In this document: in pieces, positions 19,263-28,260 of the stretch
How positions within the stretch are numbered: position 1 is the stretch's first letter
How the letters are laid out: every line of letters starts with the position of its first letter
Assembly (NCBI RefSeq): GCF_019636155.1
Contig: NZ_JAHBYB010000004.1
Coordinates: forward strand, 155,564 to 219,563
From: Brevundimonas sp.
GTDB taxonomy: Bacteria; Pseudomonadota; Alphaproteobacteria; Caulobacterales; Caulobacteraceae
Direction: 5' to 3'
Length of the DNA stretch: 64,000 nucleotides
Notes under the pieces: generated by a model
Told to the model about the DNA's origin: nothing
Database searches by the model: none
What the model saw: the letters and a program-made list of their open reading frames with translations, nothing else
Program-made: the position numbers and the translations under genes

Positions 19263-20453
19263 CTAGAACCAGGCCTTGAGACCGACGACGAAGCGGGTGT
19301 CGTCGGGCTCGCCGCCCCGGGCCTCAATGTAATCGGCGGTGTCTCCAAGCGCGCGGCTCCACTCGACGCCGACGTAGGGCGCGAACTCCTTGCGGAACTC
19401 GTAGCGCAGCCGCAGGCCTGCCTCGACCGAGGACAGGCCGGAGCCGATCTCCAGTTCTGGAATCTCGCTGGCGGAGACGTCGATTTCGAGGCGCGGCTGG
19501 AGGATCAGGCGCTGGGTTATGCGCTGGTCGTACTCGGCCTCGACGCGGGCGGTCAGGTCGCCCTCGGTCGACAGAAAGGCCGCAGCGTCGATCTCCCACC
19601 AGTAAGGGGCCAGTCCCTGAAGCCCGAGGACAAGATGGGTCGTGTCCTCGCCGTCGGGTCGGAAATCCTGGCGTACGCCCGCCTGAACGTCCCAGAACGG
19701 CGTGACCGCGCGGCTGTAGAGCGCCTGGAGTTCGGCTTCTTCGAGATCGCCCCCGAAGTCGCCCTCGCCTTCCGACTTCCACCAGAAGCGATTAATGTCT
19801 CCGCCGGTCCAGCCCTGGACGTCCCAGAGATAGGTCTCTTCGTCGTCGCCGAACCCAGCTTCGAGGCGGTCGATGATGACAGCCGTGGTGCGCACGTCGC
19901 CGTTCTCGCGCACCAGGATCTGACGGGCGGCTGCCATGGCCTCGGTTCCGAAGACCAGGTCAGCCGCGTGGGCCGGACCGGCGAGGGCCGCGACTGGAAG
20001 CGGGTCCTCTGGCGGCCTCCCAGGGTTGTCGGCGCTGGTCGGCACGTCCGGCGGCCCCATGCTCATCGCCGACATGTCGTGGCCGGCGTGAGGGTCGGCT
20101 TGGGCGGGGGTCATGGTCGACATGTCGTGGCCCGCGTGCGGATCAATCTGCTCGACAGGCGGCATTGTCGACATGTCGTGCCCCGCGTGCGGATCCAGCG
20201 TCGCGGGCTGAGCCGGCATCTGATGGCCGGCGTGAGGATCGCTCACCGGCGCGGTTTGGGCGGGGGCCATGACATGGCCCGCGTGCGGGTCCTGCGCCGT
20301 CGGCCGGGCCGGCGTTTGGGGGCGGGGGGCCGGTTCGGCCGCGGGCCGTGTTGGCGCCGGCATGGCATGGCCTGCATGAGGGTCCTGGGCCTGGGCGCTG
20401 AAAGGGCTGGCCGCGAGGATCAGCGGCGCGAGGGCGATGGCGACGCGGTTCAT
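19263..20453 (-). CDS. copB: Copper resistance outer membrane protein CopB
   Basis: DPHAGH repeats, GGDINRFWWKSEGE and RYEFRKEFAPYVGV motifs. Confidence 0.92.
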   Translation of the reverse strand: MNRVAIALAPLILAASPFSAQAQDPHAGHAMPAPTRPAAEPAPRPQTPARPTAQDPHAGHVMAPAQTAPVSDPHAGHQMPAQPATLDPHAGHDMSTMPPVEQIDPHAGHDMSTMTPAQADPHAGHDMSAMSMGPPDVPTSADNPGRPPEDPLPVAALAGPAHAADLVFGTEAMAAARQILVRENGDVRTTAVIIDRLEAGFGDDEETYLWDVQGWTGGDINRFWWKSEGEGDFGGDLEEAELQALYSRAVTPFWDVQAGVRQDFRPDGEDTTHLVLGLQGLAPYWWEIDAAAFLSTEGDLTARVEAEYDQRITQRLILQPRLEIDVSASEIPELEIGSGLSSVEAGLRLRYEFRKEFAPYVGVEWSRALGDTADYIEARGGEPDDTRFVVGLKAWF

Positions 20454-22261
20454 GACGCGGCTCCGTCCATGGGCCGCACAGTGACGACGTTGAACATCCC
20501 GGCGTGCATGTGCATCAGCATGTGGCAGTGGAAGGCCCAGTCGCCAGGCGCGTCGGCGGTCAGATCGAAGGTCACCTTGCCGCCGGGCGCGACGTTGACG
20601 GTGTGTTTGAGCGGCTGGTGCCCGGCCGGGCCGCCTGTGACCAGTTCAAAGAAGTGGCCGTGCAGGTGGATTGGGTGGGCCATCATGGTGTCGTTGACCA
20701 GGGTCACCCGCACTCGCTCGTTGCGCTCGAAGCGGATGGGCTCGACCAGCTCGCTGAACTTGCGGCCATCGAAGCCCCACATGAACCGCTCCATATTGCC
20801 CGTCAGATGGATTTCCATGGTACGAGACGGGGCCCGCTGGTCCTTGTTGGGGGCGAGGGACACCAGATCGGTGTAGACCAGCACCCGGTGCGGCACGTCC
20901 TCCAGCCCGATCGGCCGTTCACCCAGGCGATTGGCCGGGTCCATGGCGATGGCGTCTACGCCGACGCCGACCGCCATGTCCGGCGGAGCGTTCTCGGGGT
21001 CGCGCATGTTCATTCCGGCCATGGACATTCCGGCCATGTCTCCCGCCGGAGCCCCGCCTTGCGTCGAGGCTCCATGATGCATGCCGGTCATCGCGCCATG
21101 ATCCATCCCGGACATACCGTCCATCGAACCGTGGTCCATCCCGCCCATGCCCATGTCGCGCATCGTCAGGTTCGGGACTTCACGCAGTGGCGGGACCTCG
21201 GCGGTCATGCCCAGGCGCGGCGCCAGGGTCGCCCGGCCCATGCCGGAACGGTCGATGGCTTCCGAGACGATGGTGTAGGCGCGGTCCTCGGTCGGCCGAA
21301 CGATGACGTCGTAGGTCTCCGCCACCGAAATTTGGAACTCGTCGGTCTCGACCGGGCGCACATTCTCCCCGTCGGCCTGCACCACCGTCATCGGTAGCCC
21401 CGGAATACGCACGTTAAATATCGACATGGCCGAGGCGTTGATGACGCGCAGCCGGACCCGCTCGCCGGGCCGGAACAGCCCGGTCCAGTTCTCCTGCGGT
21501 CCGTGGCCGTTGATGAGGTAGGTGTAGGTCGATCCGTTGACGTCGAGGATGTCGCGCGGGTCCATCCGCATCTGGCCCCACATGCGGCGCTCCTCCAGGC
21601 TCATCCGGTCGCTGCCGTCGAGCAGGCCTGCGAGGGTCGTTCGCTGCTGGTTGAAATAGCCGGGACTCTTCTTCAGCTTGTCCAGGATTTCGTGCGGGTG
21701 CATGAAACTCCAGTCCGACAGCACCAGTACATGCTCTCGATCGTAGGCGACGGGATCGGCGCCCGCCGGATCGATGATGATCGGTCCATAGTGGCCCATC
21801 GCCTCCTGGAGATTGGAGTGGCTGTGGTACCAGAACGTCCCCGACTGCCGGATCGGGAACTCGTAGACGAAGGTCTCACGCGCCTTGATGCCAGGGAAGC
21901 TGATGCCGGGCACGCCGTCCATCTGGAACGGCACCAGCAAGCCGTGCCAGTGGATCGAAGTGTCCTCGTCCAGGGTGTTGGCCACCGACAGCCGGACGTT
22001 CTGGCCCTCCCGCAGGCGAAGCAGCGGCGCCGGCAGGACGCCGTTGATGGTAATCGCGTGCCCCGTCCGACCTCCGACGGTGAACGGCGAGTGGCCGACC
22101 GTCAGATCGACGTTCGGCCCGGTCAGCGTCGGCATGTCCGCCCGCAGGCCGGCCGAGCCGGTCTGCGCCCAGGCCGGCAGCAGGCCCTGCAGCCCCAGCA
22201 GCCCACCGCCGGCGGCGGCGCCACGGAGAAGCATTCGGCGATCGAGACTTGGGGTCGACAT
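20450..22261 (-). CDS. copA: Multicopper oxidase (CopA/PcoA), Tat-exported
   Basis: DRRMLL Tat motif; HWHG, WYHSH, HPIHLHGH and HCHMLMH copper ligands. Confidence 0.95.
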   Translation of the reverse strand: MSTPSLDRRMLLRGAAAGGGLLGLQGLLPAWAQTGSAGLRADMPTLTGPNVDLTVGHSPFTVGGRTGHAITINGVLPAPLLRLREGQNVRLSVANTLDEDTSIHWHGLLVPFQMDGVPGISFPGIKARETFVYEFPIRQSGTFWYHSHSNLQEAMGHYGPIIIDPAGADPVAYDREHVLVLSDWSFMHPHEILDKLKKSPGYFNQQRTTLAGLLDGSDRMSLEERRMWGQMRMDPRDILDVNGSTYTYLINGHGPQENWTGLFRPGERVRLRVINASAMSIFNVRIPGLPMTVVQADGENVRPVETDEFQISVAETYDVIVRPTEDRAYTIVSEAIDRSGMGRATLAPRLGMTAEVPPLREVPNLTMRDMGMGGMDHGSMDGMSGMDHGAMTGMHHGASTQGGAPAGDMAGMSMAGMNMRDPENAPPDMAVGVGVDAIAMDPANRLGERPIGLEDVPHRVLVYTDLVSLAPNKDQRAPSRTMEIHLTGNMERFMWGFDGRKFSELVEPIRFERNERVRVTLVNDTMMAHPIHLHGHFFELVTGGPAGHQPLKHTVNVAPGGKVTFDLTADAPGDWAFHCHMLMHMHAGMFNVVTVRPMDGAAS

Positions 22262-22303
22262 GGGCGATTGAATCCTTGGTCGGCTGTTCGGCCGTTCGTT
22301 TAG

Positions 22304-22330
22304 ATACGCATCCCGGCTACGCGCCCCTTG
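22304..22330 (-). promoter_or_regulatory. CnrH-like ECF promoter of the copAB operon
   Basis: CAAGGGGCGC-11 bp-GCGTAT; same architecture at four other sites. Confidence 0.7.
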
Positions 22331-22389
22331 CGTCAGGACGCCACAGCCAACGCGATCGTGGCCTTGTGCACCTTCCCATCATGGCAAGG

Positions 22390-22959
22390 TCAAGCGTCTG
22401 CGTTCGGCGACCAGGCCAGCGCCTCCGCCAGTTTCCTGCGAGCGCGAGCCACGCGAGTCTCCACGGCCTTGGGCGTAATGCGCAGGATAGAGGCGATCTC
22501 GGCATGAGACCGCCCTTCGAGCGTGGCGAGCAGGAGCGGCGCCTTGAGGGCGTCCGGCAGGTCGGACAGCGCCCGTTGCAGGGCCTCGGCCCTGCGCCGG
22601 TCGTCCAGACGGGTCTCCGGCAGGGGCGCCTCGTCGCCGACCGCGGTCGCCTCGGGCGCATCCAGTCCCATGACCCCTCGCACGACACGGCGCACCGCAC
22701 GCCGACGGCTCCAATCGCGGCATTTGTTCAGGGCGATGGAGCGGAGCCAGACGTCGAATGGCCGCGCCGGATCATACCGCCGCAAGGCCAGCCAGGCGGA
22801 GGCGTAGGCTTCCTGAAGCACGTCGTGAGCCTCGGCCTCGTCGCCGACATAGCGGCGAACGAACCTGTAGAGCTCGGCCTTCGACGCGGTCATCAGGGCG
22901 GTGAATGCGGCTGCATCGCCGCGCGCCGCACGGGCCTCTATGCTGTCTTCGGCCCCCAC
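22390..22959 (-). CDS. ECF sigma factor (CnrH-like)
   Basis: DVLQEAY, WLRSIALNKCRD and region 4 SHAEIASIL...AVETRVARAR. Confidence 0.9.
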   Translation of the reverse strand: MGAEDSIEARAARGDAAAFTALMTASKAELYRFVRRYVGDEAEAHDVLQEAYASAWLALRRYDPARPFDVWLRSIALNKCRDWSRRRAVRRVVRGVMGLDAPEATAVGDEAPLPETRLDDRRRAEALQRALSDLPDALKAPLLLATLEGRSHAEIASILRITPKAVETRVARARRKLAEALAWSPNADA

Positions 22960-22968
22960 GCGCCGCGC

Positions 22969-23409
22969 TTAGCCGGCGTCGTCGCGCAGGGCGTCGACCA
23001 CCGCGGCGTCGAACACCTCGGCCTGAGCCGGTGTCAACACCGATCGCATCTCGAAGACATGGGCGATGGTCGCCTTCTGCAGATCTCCCATGGCGGCGTG
23101 GAAATGATCGACTGCGGCCTGGACCTGGGGCGTATCGCCATCGCTGGCTGCGATCGCAGCCGACAGTTCGCGATTGGCGGCGCGGACTTCCGCCTCCAAC
23201 GCCGGTCGCCTCGCGGCGAAGCGGGCCTCGATGACGTCGAGCCGGCGATCCTGCTCGGCGCTCAGATCGAGCTTTTCATGAAGGACGCTGTGCAGACTCG
23301 GCGGTTGGCGCTCGCGCATGATCCAGGCCGCGCTTGCCCAGGTCGCCGCGCCGCTGGCCAGGGCCGCCAAAACCGCGGTCATGACGATGGCCTTCCACGT
23401 CGCCCTCAT
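22969..23409 (-). CDS. Periplasmic heavy-metal sensor (CnrX-like)
   Basis: TM anchor; LH...LDLSAEQ, VDHFHAAM, HVFEMRSVLTPAQ. Confidence 0.85.
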   Translation of the reverse strand: MRATWKAIVMTAVLAALASGAATWASAAWIMRERQPPSLHSVLHEKLDLSAEQDRRLDVIEARFAARRPALEAEVRAANRELSAAIAASDGDTPQVQAAVDHFHAAMGDLQKATIAHVFEMRSVLTPAQAEVFDAAVVDALRDDAG

Positions 23410-23684
23410 CCGCGAGCCTCCAAACCGGCGAAGGGTGAGAGCCCGGCCGACACGGTGAAAACCCGCAACTCGGACGGCCCCGGTCGGGGCGCCACGAGCA
23501 TCAAACCTCCGTTTGCGATGCCGATCACCAGGGCGAAGGCGATGGCGGCGAGCCGGACCTGCCCCATACGAGCCCGCGCTCCGCGTTCGCTGATCCGCGC
23601 CCAGACCTCTTCCTCCACGCCTGCGAGCCCGGCGATGTCGCCCGGCGCGACCTGGCCGATCAGTCTGTCTATGTCGTCAGTCAT
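23406..23684 (-). CDS. CnrY-like anti-sigma factor
   Basis: 92 aa, single TM, first gene of the Y-X-H ordered unit. Confidence 0.65.
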   Translation of the reverse strand: MTDDIDRLIGQVAPGDIAGLAGVEEEVWARISERGARARMGQVRLAAIAFALVIGIANGGLMLVAPRPGPSELRVFTVSAGLSPFAGLEARG

Positions 23685-23712
23685 TGCGCACCTGCGTCAC
23701 GCCCCCTCTCCC

Positions 23713-23766
23713 ATACGCGCCCGCTGAATCTTTCCCTCGCGAGGGGGCGAGCCGTCGCCCGCGTAG
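23713..23766. promoter_or_regulatory. Back-to-back CnrH-like ECF promoters
   Basis: Minus 23739-23713 CGAGGGAAAG-11-GCGTAT; plus 23740-23766 CGAGGGGGCG-11-GCGTAG. Confidence 0.7.
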
Positions 23767-23813
23767 ATATCAGAGAACGACCGGGAACGGCCCTGTCATC
23801 CGGGGGAAGCGAT

Positions 23814-24968
23814 GTGAGCGCCTGGTCAGGCCCCGCGAGGGCTCCGTTTCCCGATGTGCTCGATCCGCTCACCGGCGTCAGGTTCTTCCTCGCGCTCGGC
23901 GTCGTGCTGTTCCATTACCAACTCTACTGGACGCTGCCGCCGGAGAGCGCAGGCTTGTTGAACCGCGCGCGCTTGGGTGTGGACGTCTTTTTCATCCTGT
24001 CGGGCTTCATCCTGACGCACGTCTATCTGCAAGGGGACCGGCCGCTGGACTATCGGCGGTTCCTGGCGGCGCGGTTCGCGCGGATTTATCCGGCCCACCT
24101 GTTCATCCTGCTGGCCATGCTGGGGCTCGTGCTTGCGGCGCCCCTGTTCGGGGTCGGGCTGGAGCCAGGCCGGTTCAATCCCGCAGACTTCGTCGGCACC
24201 CTCCTGCTCGTCCAGGCCTGGTTTCCGCGTGAGACCCTGGTGCTCTGGAATGGACCGGCATGGTCACTGTCTGCGGAGTGGTTCGCCTATCTCGCGTTTC
24301 CCGCCTACGCCGCCTTGGCGTTACGACTGCGGGCCCGACCATGGGTGCTGATCGCGCTCGCCGCGATACTGTTCGTCGCGCTGGATGCGATCTATCGCGT
24401 GCAGTTCGGACGCGTGCTGCCTCGGGCCGAAGACAGCATGGGCATCCTGCGGATCATCCCTGAATTCCTCTACGGCATCGGTCTCTACTACCTCGGGCAG
24501 CGCTGGACGCCTTCAGCGCGCGTGTCGGTCATAGGTGCTCTCGCCGCCACGGTCGCGCTGCTCGCCTTGATGCAGATCGGGGCCGACGATCGCATCATCG
24601 TGGCGGCCGCTGGGCCCTTCATCCTGTCGCTCGCGTTGTTGGCCAAGGCGGACGTTCGGACCTTCCTTTCCCACCCCGTCGCCCTGTTCGCCGGCGAAGC
24701 CTCGTTCGCGCTCTACCTCGTCCACATCCCCATCCTGATGGTCTGGCGCAATGCGGCGCAGGCCGTCGCGGGTTGGCCCGGAGATTACCGGATGGGCGTA
24801 GTTGAACTCATCGCCATGCTGGTGTTGACGCTCGTCGTCGCCGCCGCCATCCATGTCCTCGTCGAGCAGCCCGGCCGCCGCTGGCTCCGGGGGCGGATGG
24901 CGCCGCAGCGCGCCGACCCCATCGAAGCCAAACGATCCGTTCACAGCGATCAGGGAGAACCCTTTTGA
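23814..24968 (+). CDS. Acyltransferase family 3 (OafA-like) membrane protein
   Basis: LTGVRF..A..V...H, VDVFFILSGF, RFARIYP and WSLSAEW motifs. Confidence 0.88.
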   Translation: MSAWSGPARAPFPDVLDPLTGVRFFLALGVVLFHYQLYWTLPPESAGLLNRARLGVDVFFILSGFILTHVYLQGDRPLDYRRFLAARFARIYPAHLFILLAMLGLVLAAPLFGVGLEPGRFNPADFVGTLLLVQAWFPRETLVLWNGPAWSLSAEWFAYLAFPAYAALALRLRARPWVLIALAAILFVALDAIYRVQFGRVLPRAEDSMGILRIIPEFLYGIGLYYLGQRWTPSARVSVIGALAATVALLALMQIGADDRIIVAAAGPFILSLALLAKADVRTFLSHPVALFAGEASFALYLVHIPILMVWRNAAQAVAGWPGDYRMGVVELIAMLVLTLVVAAAIHVLVEQPGRRWLRGRMAPQRADPIEAKRSVHSDQGEPF

Positions 24969-25441
24969 ACCCTGCGAACCTGAACCGTCGCCTGTTCCTG
25001 GGCGCGGGGGTCCTCATCGGCTTGAGCGGAACGGCCTGCGCCCAGACGCGCCCGTCGAGGAACCTGACGGTCTTCAAGACGCCGACCTGCGCTTGCTGCG
25101 ACGCCTGGATCGCGCACATGCGCGAGGCAGGCTTCAGCACCACCATCACGGTTCTTCCGAGCCTCCAGTCAGTCCGCAGCAGTCGAGGAATGCCGGACGC
25201 CCTGGCCTCCTGTCATACTGGGCTGATCGACGGCTATCTCGTCGAGGGTCATGTGCCGGCTGCTGACGTCGTCCGGCTGCTGGCCGAGCGACCGACGGCG
25301 GTAGGCATCGCCGTGCCGGCCATGCCGCTCGGTTCGCCCGGCATGGAGACGCCCCAGGGGCAAAAGGAACCTTACGACACTTTGCTGGTGCTCCGATCAG
25401 GAGCCACCCGCGTGTTCAATCGCCACAACCGACCGGTCTGA
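24965..25441 (+). CDS. DUF411 (CopG-like) metal-binding protein
   Basis: NRR Tat-like signal; CACC, SCHT and EGHVPA motifs. Confidence 0.85.
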   Translation: MNPANLNRRLFLGAGVLIGLSGTACAQTRPSRNLTVFKTPTCACCDAWIAHMREAGFSTTITVLPSLQSVRSSRGMPDALASCHTGLIDGYLVEGHVPAADVVRLLAERPTAVGIAVPAMPLGSPGMETPQGQKEPYDTLLVLRSGATRVFNRHNRPV

Positions 25442-25481
25442 TGCTCAGGCCATTCAGGTGATCCACAATCCGGAGCTTGCC

Positions 25482-25970
25482 ATGTCTCGCACACCCCTTG
25501 CCCTCGTCCTGTCGTTCGCTGTGCTCTCGGCGACACCCGCTTTCGCCCAGGACCACGCCCACGGCCACTCCGACCCAGGCGCGGTCGCTGCGGAAGCGGC
25601 GGACGCGGCCACCGCCGTCGATGCCTTCCACGCCGCACTCAAGGCCGGCGACACGGTCGGCGCGCTGACGCTTCTGGCGCCCGATGTGATGATCTTCGAA
25701 GAAGGCGGCGCGGAGCGGTCGCGCGACGAATATGCGTCCCATCACCTGGGAGCGGACGCCGCCTTCGCCGCCGCCTCGGAGGCGACGGTGGCGCGCAGAT
25801 CGGGCTGGGCCGACGGCGACATCGCGTGGATCACCAGCGAGGGCCGCACGACTGGCCAGTTCAACGGCCGCGCCGTGGATCGACTCACGACGGAGACGAT
25901 GGTCCTCAAGCGGCACGCCGACGGCTGGCGCATCCACCACATCCACTGGTCGTCACGCGCGCCTCGCTAG
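25482..25970 (+). CDS. Secreted NTF2-like (DUF4440/YybH) His-rich protein
   Basis: Signal peptide, DHAHGH, WRIHHIHWSSR C-terminus. Confidence 0.75.
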   Translation: MSRTPLALVLSFAVLSATPAFAQDHAHGHSDPGAVAAEAADAATAVDAFHAALKAGDTVGALTLLAPDVMIFEEGGAERSRDEYASHHLGADAAFAAASEATVARRSGWADGDIAWITSEGRTTGQFNGRAVDRLTTETMVLKRHADGWRIHHIHWSSRAPR

Positions 25971-26034
25971 ACGAGGATACGGCGATGCGTGAAGGCTCGT
26001 CACCGAAGGCCTGCCAGCCGCCGCCTGGCTCGCC

Positions 26035-26436
26035 CTACTGAACGCTCTGAAAAGCGGCGTTGCAGGCCTCTTCGCAGCGGCGGCAAGACTCGGCGCAGAT
26101 GCGGCAGTGTTCATGCATGTCCGCGTGGCGCTCACACTCCTCGGCGCACAGCCGGCAAGCTTCGGCGCACGCCTGCAAGGTCAGCCGAATGACTCCTTCG
26201 TTCGAGCCCGTCCGGCGAGAGGCGACGGCGCCAGCCGCAGTGCAGATGTCAGCACAGTCCTGGTTCAGTCGAATGCACTGGAGCAGGCTTTGCACCATCT
26301 CCTCGCCGAGACAGGCGTCAGCGCAGATCACGCAGGATTGGGCGCAGTCATAACATTCGTCGATGCACCGCGCGAGGGCGGTGTTGACCGAACCCCTGAC
26401 GTGCGGGTGGGTGCTTATCATCTCTTGGGCGTGCAT
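26035..26436 (-). CDS. Four-helix-bundle copper storage protein (Csp3/DUF326)
   Basis: Repeated CxxxC/CxxC pattern, no signal peptide. Confidence 0.88.
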   Translation of the reverse strand: MHAQEMISTHPHVRGSVNTALARCIDECYDCAQSCVICADACLGEEMVQSLLQCIRLNQDCADICTAAGAVASRRTGSNEGVIRLTLQACAEACRLCAEECERHADMHEHCRICAESCRRCEEACNAAFQSVQ

Positions 26437-26466
26437 GGCGCTCTCCTTGGCTGGGGATGCGAAGCC

Positions 26467-26491
26467 AACCCGCCTTCGTTCGGGCGGTTCC
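26467..26491 (-). promoter_or_regulatory. EcfG/sigmaT-type promoter of the Csp gene
   Basis: GGAAC-N16-GGTT. Confidence 0.6.
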
Positions 26492-26517
26492 AGAACATAA
26501 AGGTGAGGAGGGCGGCG

Positions 26518-26544
26518 CGAGGGGAGTCGGGCGCGCCTGCGTAG
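26518..26544 (+). promoter_or_regulatory. CnrH-like promoter pointing antisense into copD
   Basis: CGAGGGGAGT-11-GCGTAG, 6 bp before the copD stop codon. Confidence 0.5.
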
Positions 26545-26549
26545 AGGGG

Positions 26550-27464
26550 CTACAGCGCGGCTGGCGGCGGAAGCGTTCCCATGACGGCGACGAGTCCAAG
26601 GATGGCGGCGCCAAGCGCGGCCTCGACCGCGATGCTGCGTCGAAGCCGCTGGAGGGCCGCGACTGGATCTTCCGCGCCCTGCAGCTTCAGCCCGAGCGAG
26701 GGCGTGAGGCGGTAGCGATTGTCCGCCGCCAACGCCAGCATCAGGACGAACAGCACCAGCTTGGCGATCAGCAACTGCCCATAGAGGTTGGTTCCCAAGC
26801 CTTCGAGCCGCTCCGGGCCGACCAGGAACCAGCTGTTCGCCAAGCCCGTCACCACCAACAGAGCAACGGCGAGGGTCCCCAGCCCGGCGAACCCGTGCAG
26901 GGCTCTATGAATCGCGAGATCGTCCGGCGCGGTTCGGCGCAGCAGCAGGATCGTCAGGGCGGCCAAGGCTCCCAACCACAAGGCTGCTGCGACCGTGTGG
27001 ATGACGTCGGCGACGAGATGGATGACGCCGCCCGGTCCTTCGGTCGCCGCGCCGTGGCCGGTCCAGGCAAAGCTGGCGGCGACAAGGAGTCCAAGGGCCA
27101 CCATCAGCCACCAGATCGCCCTGCCAGGCGTCAAGGCGACAACCACGACAAGGCCAAGGAGGGCGATCGCGGCCCGCGCCACCATGGCCATGCCAAGTCC
27201 GGTCCCGGTGATCATGAAGGACAGGGACGCTGGCTTGACCGCTTCGCTCAGGGAACCCGCCATGACGGCGGTCTGGGCCACCAAGGCAGCAAGCGATCCA
27301 AGTCCGACCACGATCGCGGCGAAGGCCAGCGTCTGCCGCGCCCAGGTCAGGTTCGGACCGTCGTCCCGCCTGAAGCTGTAGAGCAGGAACAGCGGCGCGC
27401 CGAGCAAGACGACAGCGCCGCTGTATTGAAGCCAGCGGAGGGCGATGACCGCGACTTCGAGCAC
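26550..27464 (-). CDS. copD: Copper resistance inner membrane protein CopD
   Basis: AWTGHG, H..AAALWLGAL, YGQLLIAKL motifs. Confidence 0.9.
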   Translation of the reverse strand: MLEVAVIALRWLQYSGAVVLLGAPLFLLYSFRRDDGPNLTWARQTLAFAAIVVGLGSLAALVAQTAVMAGSLSEAVKPASLSFMITGTGLGMAMVARAAIALLGLVVVVALTPGRAIWWLMVALGLLVAASFAWTGHGAATEGPGGVIHLVADVIHTVAAALWLGALAALTILLLRRTAPDDLAIHRALHGFAGLGTLAVALLVVTGLANSWFLVGPERLEGLGTNLYGQLLIAKLVLFVLMLALAADNRYRLTPSLGLKLQGAEDPVAALQRLRRSIAVEAALGAAILGLVAVMGTLPPPAAL

Positions 27465-27468
27465 GGCG

Positions 27469-27831
27469 TCAACGCACCGAGAAGGTGTAGGAACCCGTCA
27501 TGCGGTGCCCGTCGCTCGATGCGATGCGCCAATCGACGCGATAGGCGCCGGCGGCCAGCGGACGGGCGAGAGTGCCGGTCAGTGTCTTGCCGTCCTCGCC
27601 GACCAAAGTGCGGATCGCGACCTTGTCCCCCGCCGCATTGACGACGTCGAAGCCGGAGAAGGCGGGAACCGTGCGCTCGCTAAAGGTCAGGGTGAGCGTT
27701 CGGGTCGACGCCACAGCCGAGTTGGGCGCGGGCGTCGCGCTGACGAGACGGGCGTGGGCCGCCGCCGGCCCAGCGATGAAGGCCGCGGCCGCCGCGACGG
27801 CGATGAAGGGCGCGGAATTGAAGTTACGCAT
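27469..27831 (-). CDS. copC: Periplasmic copper chaperone CopC
   Basis: Signal peptide ending AAA-H, then HARLVSATP...DGH. Confidence 0.9.
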   Translation of the reverse strand: MRNFNSAPFIAVAAAAAFIAGPAAAHARLVSATPAPNSAVASTRTLTLTFSERTVPAFSGFDVVNAAGDKVAIRTLVGEDGKTLTGTLARPLAAGAYRVDWRIASSDGHRMTGSYTFSVR

Positions 27832-27874
27832 ACTCAGTCTCCAGACATTCGGCCGCTTCCGGCCCTGTGCTTCA

Positions 27875-27901
27875 CTACGCGCGATACGGGCGCTTCCCTC
27901 G
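27875..27901 (-). promoter_or_regulatory. CnrH-like ECF promoter of copCD
   Basis: CGAGGGAAGC-11-GCGTAG. Confidence 0.7.
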
Positions 27902-27944
27902 TGAGGGAGGATCGCGGCCGATCCAAGGACCGGCCGCGACACCC

Positions 27945-28142
27945 TTATGCGACGCCGTAGCCGGCTCGCTCGATAGCGGCCCGGACGCGGGCTTCGTCGG
28001 CCTCGCCTTCCACCCGCAGCGTCCCGGTGGCGATCTCGATCTCCATCCGGGCTTTTGGCGCCACCTCGGCCACGGCGGCCCTCACCGTCGCGGCGCAGCC
28101 GCCGCATCTCATGCGTTCAACCTTTAGCTCGATCATCGTCAT
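27945..28142 (-). CDS. copZ: CopZ-like heavy-metal-associated chaperone
   Basis: MRCGGC HMA motif, 65 aa. Confidence 0.88.
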   Translation of the reverse strand: MTMIELKVERMRCGGCAATVRAAVAEVAPKARMEIEIATGTLRVEGEADEARVRAAIERAGYGVA

Positions 28143-28166
28143 CTCCTTTATTGATCGACGATGAGG

Positions 28167-28243
28167 CAGGTGGGGTTTCCCAGCGTGGGAGGGTCAAGGG
28201 GCAACTACGGACTTGACCTTGCCATGATGGGAAGGGGCAGCAG
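28167..28243. promoter_or_regulatory. Divergent CueR-type promoters (copZ and DUF4396 gene)
   Basis: Minus TTGACC-CTCCCACGCTGGGAAACCC (19 bp); plus TTGACC-TTGCCATGATGGGAAGGGG (19 bp). Confidence 0.75.
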
Positions 28244-28260
28244 AGGCGCGGAGGAGAACG

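Noticed and set aside
20040-20400. Tandem nucleotide repeats suggesting a CRISPR or VNTR array
   Set aside because: They encode the DPHAGH repeats of CopB; no spacer structure and no cas genes in the window.
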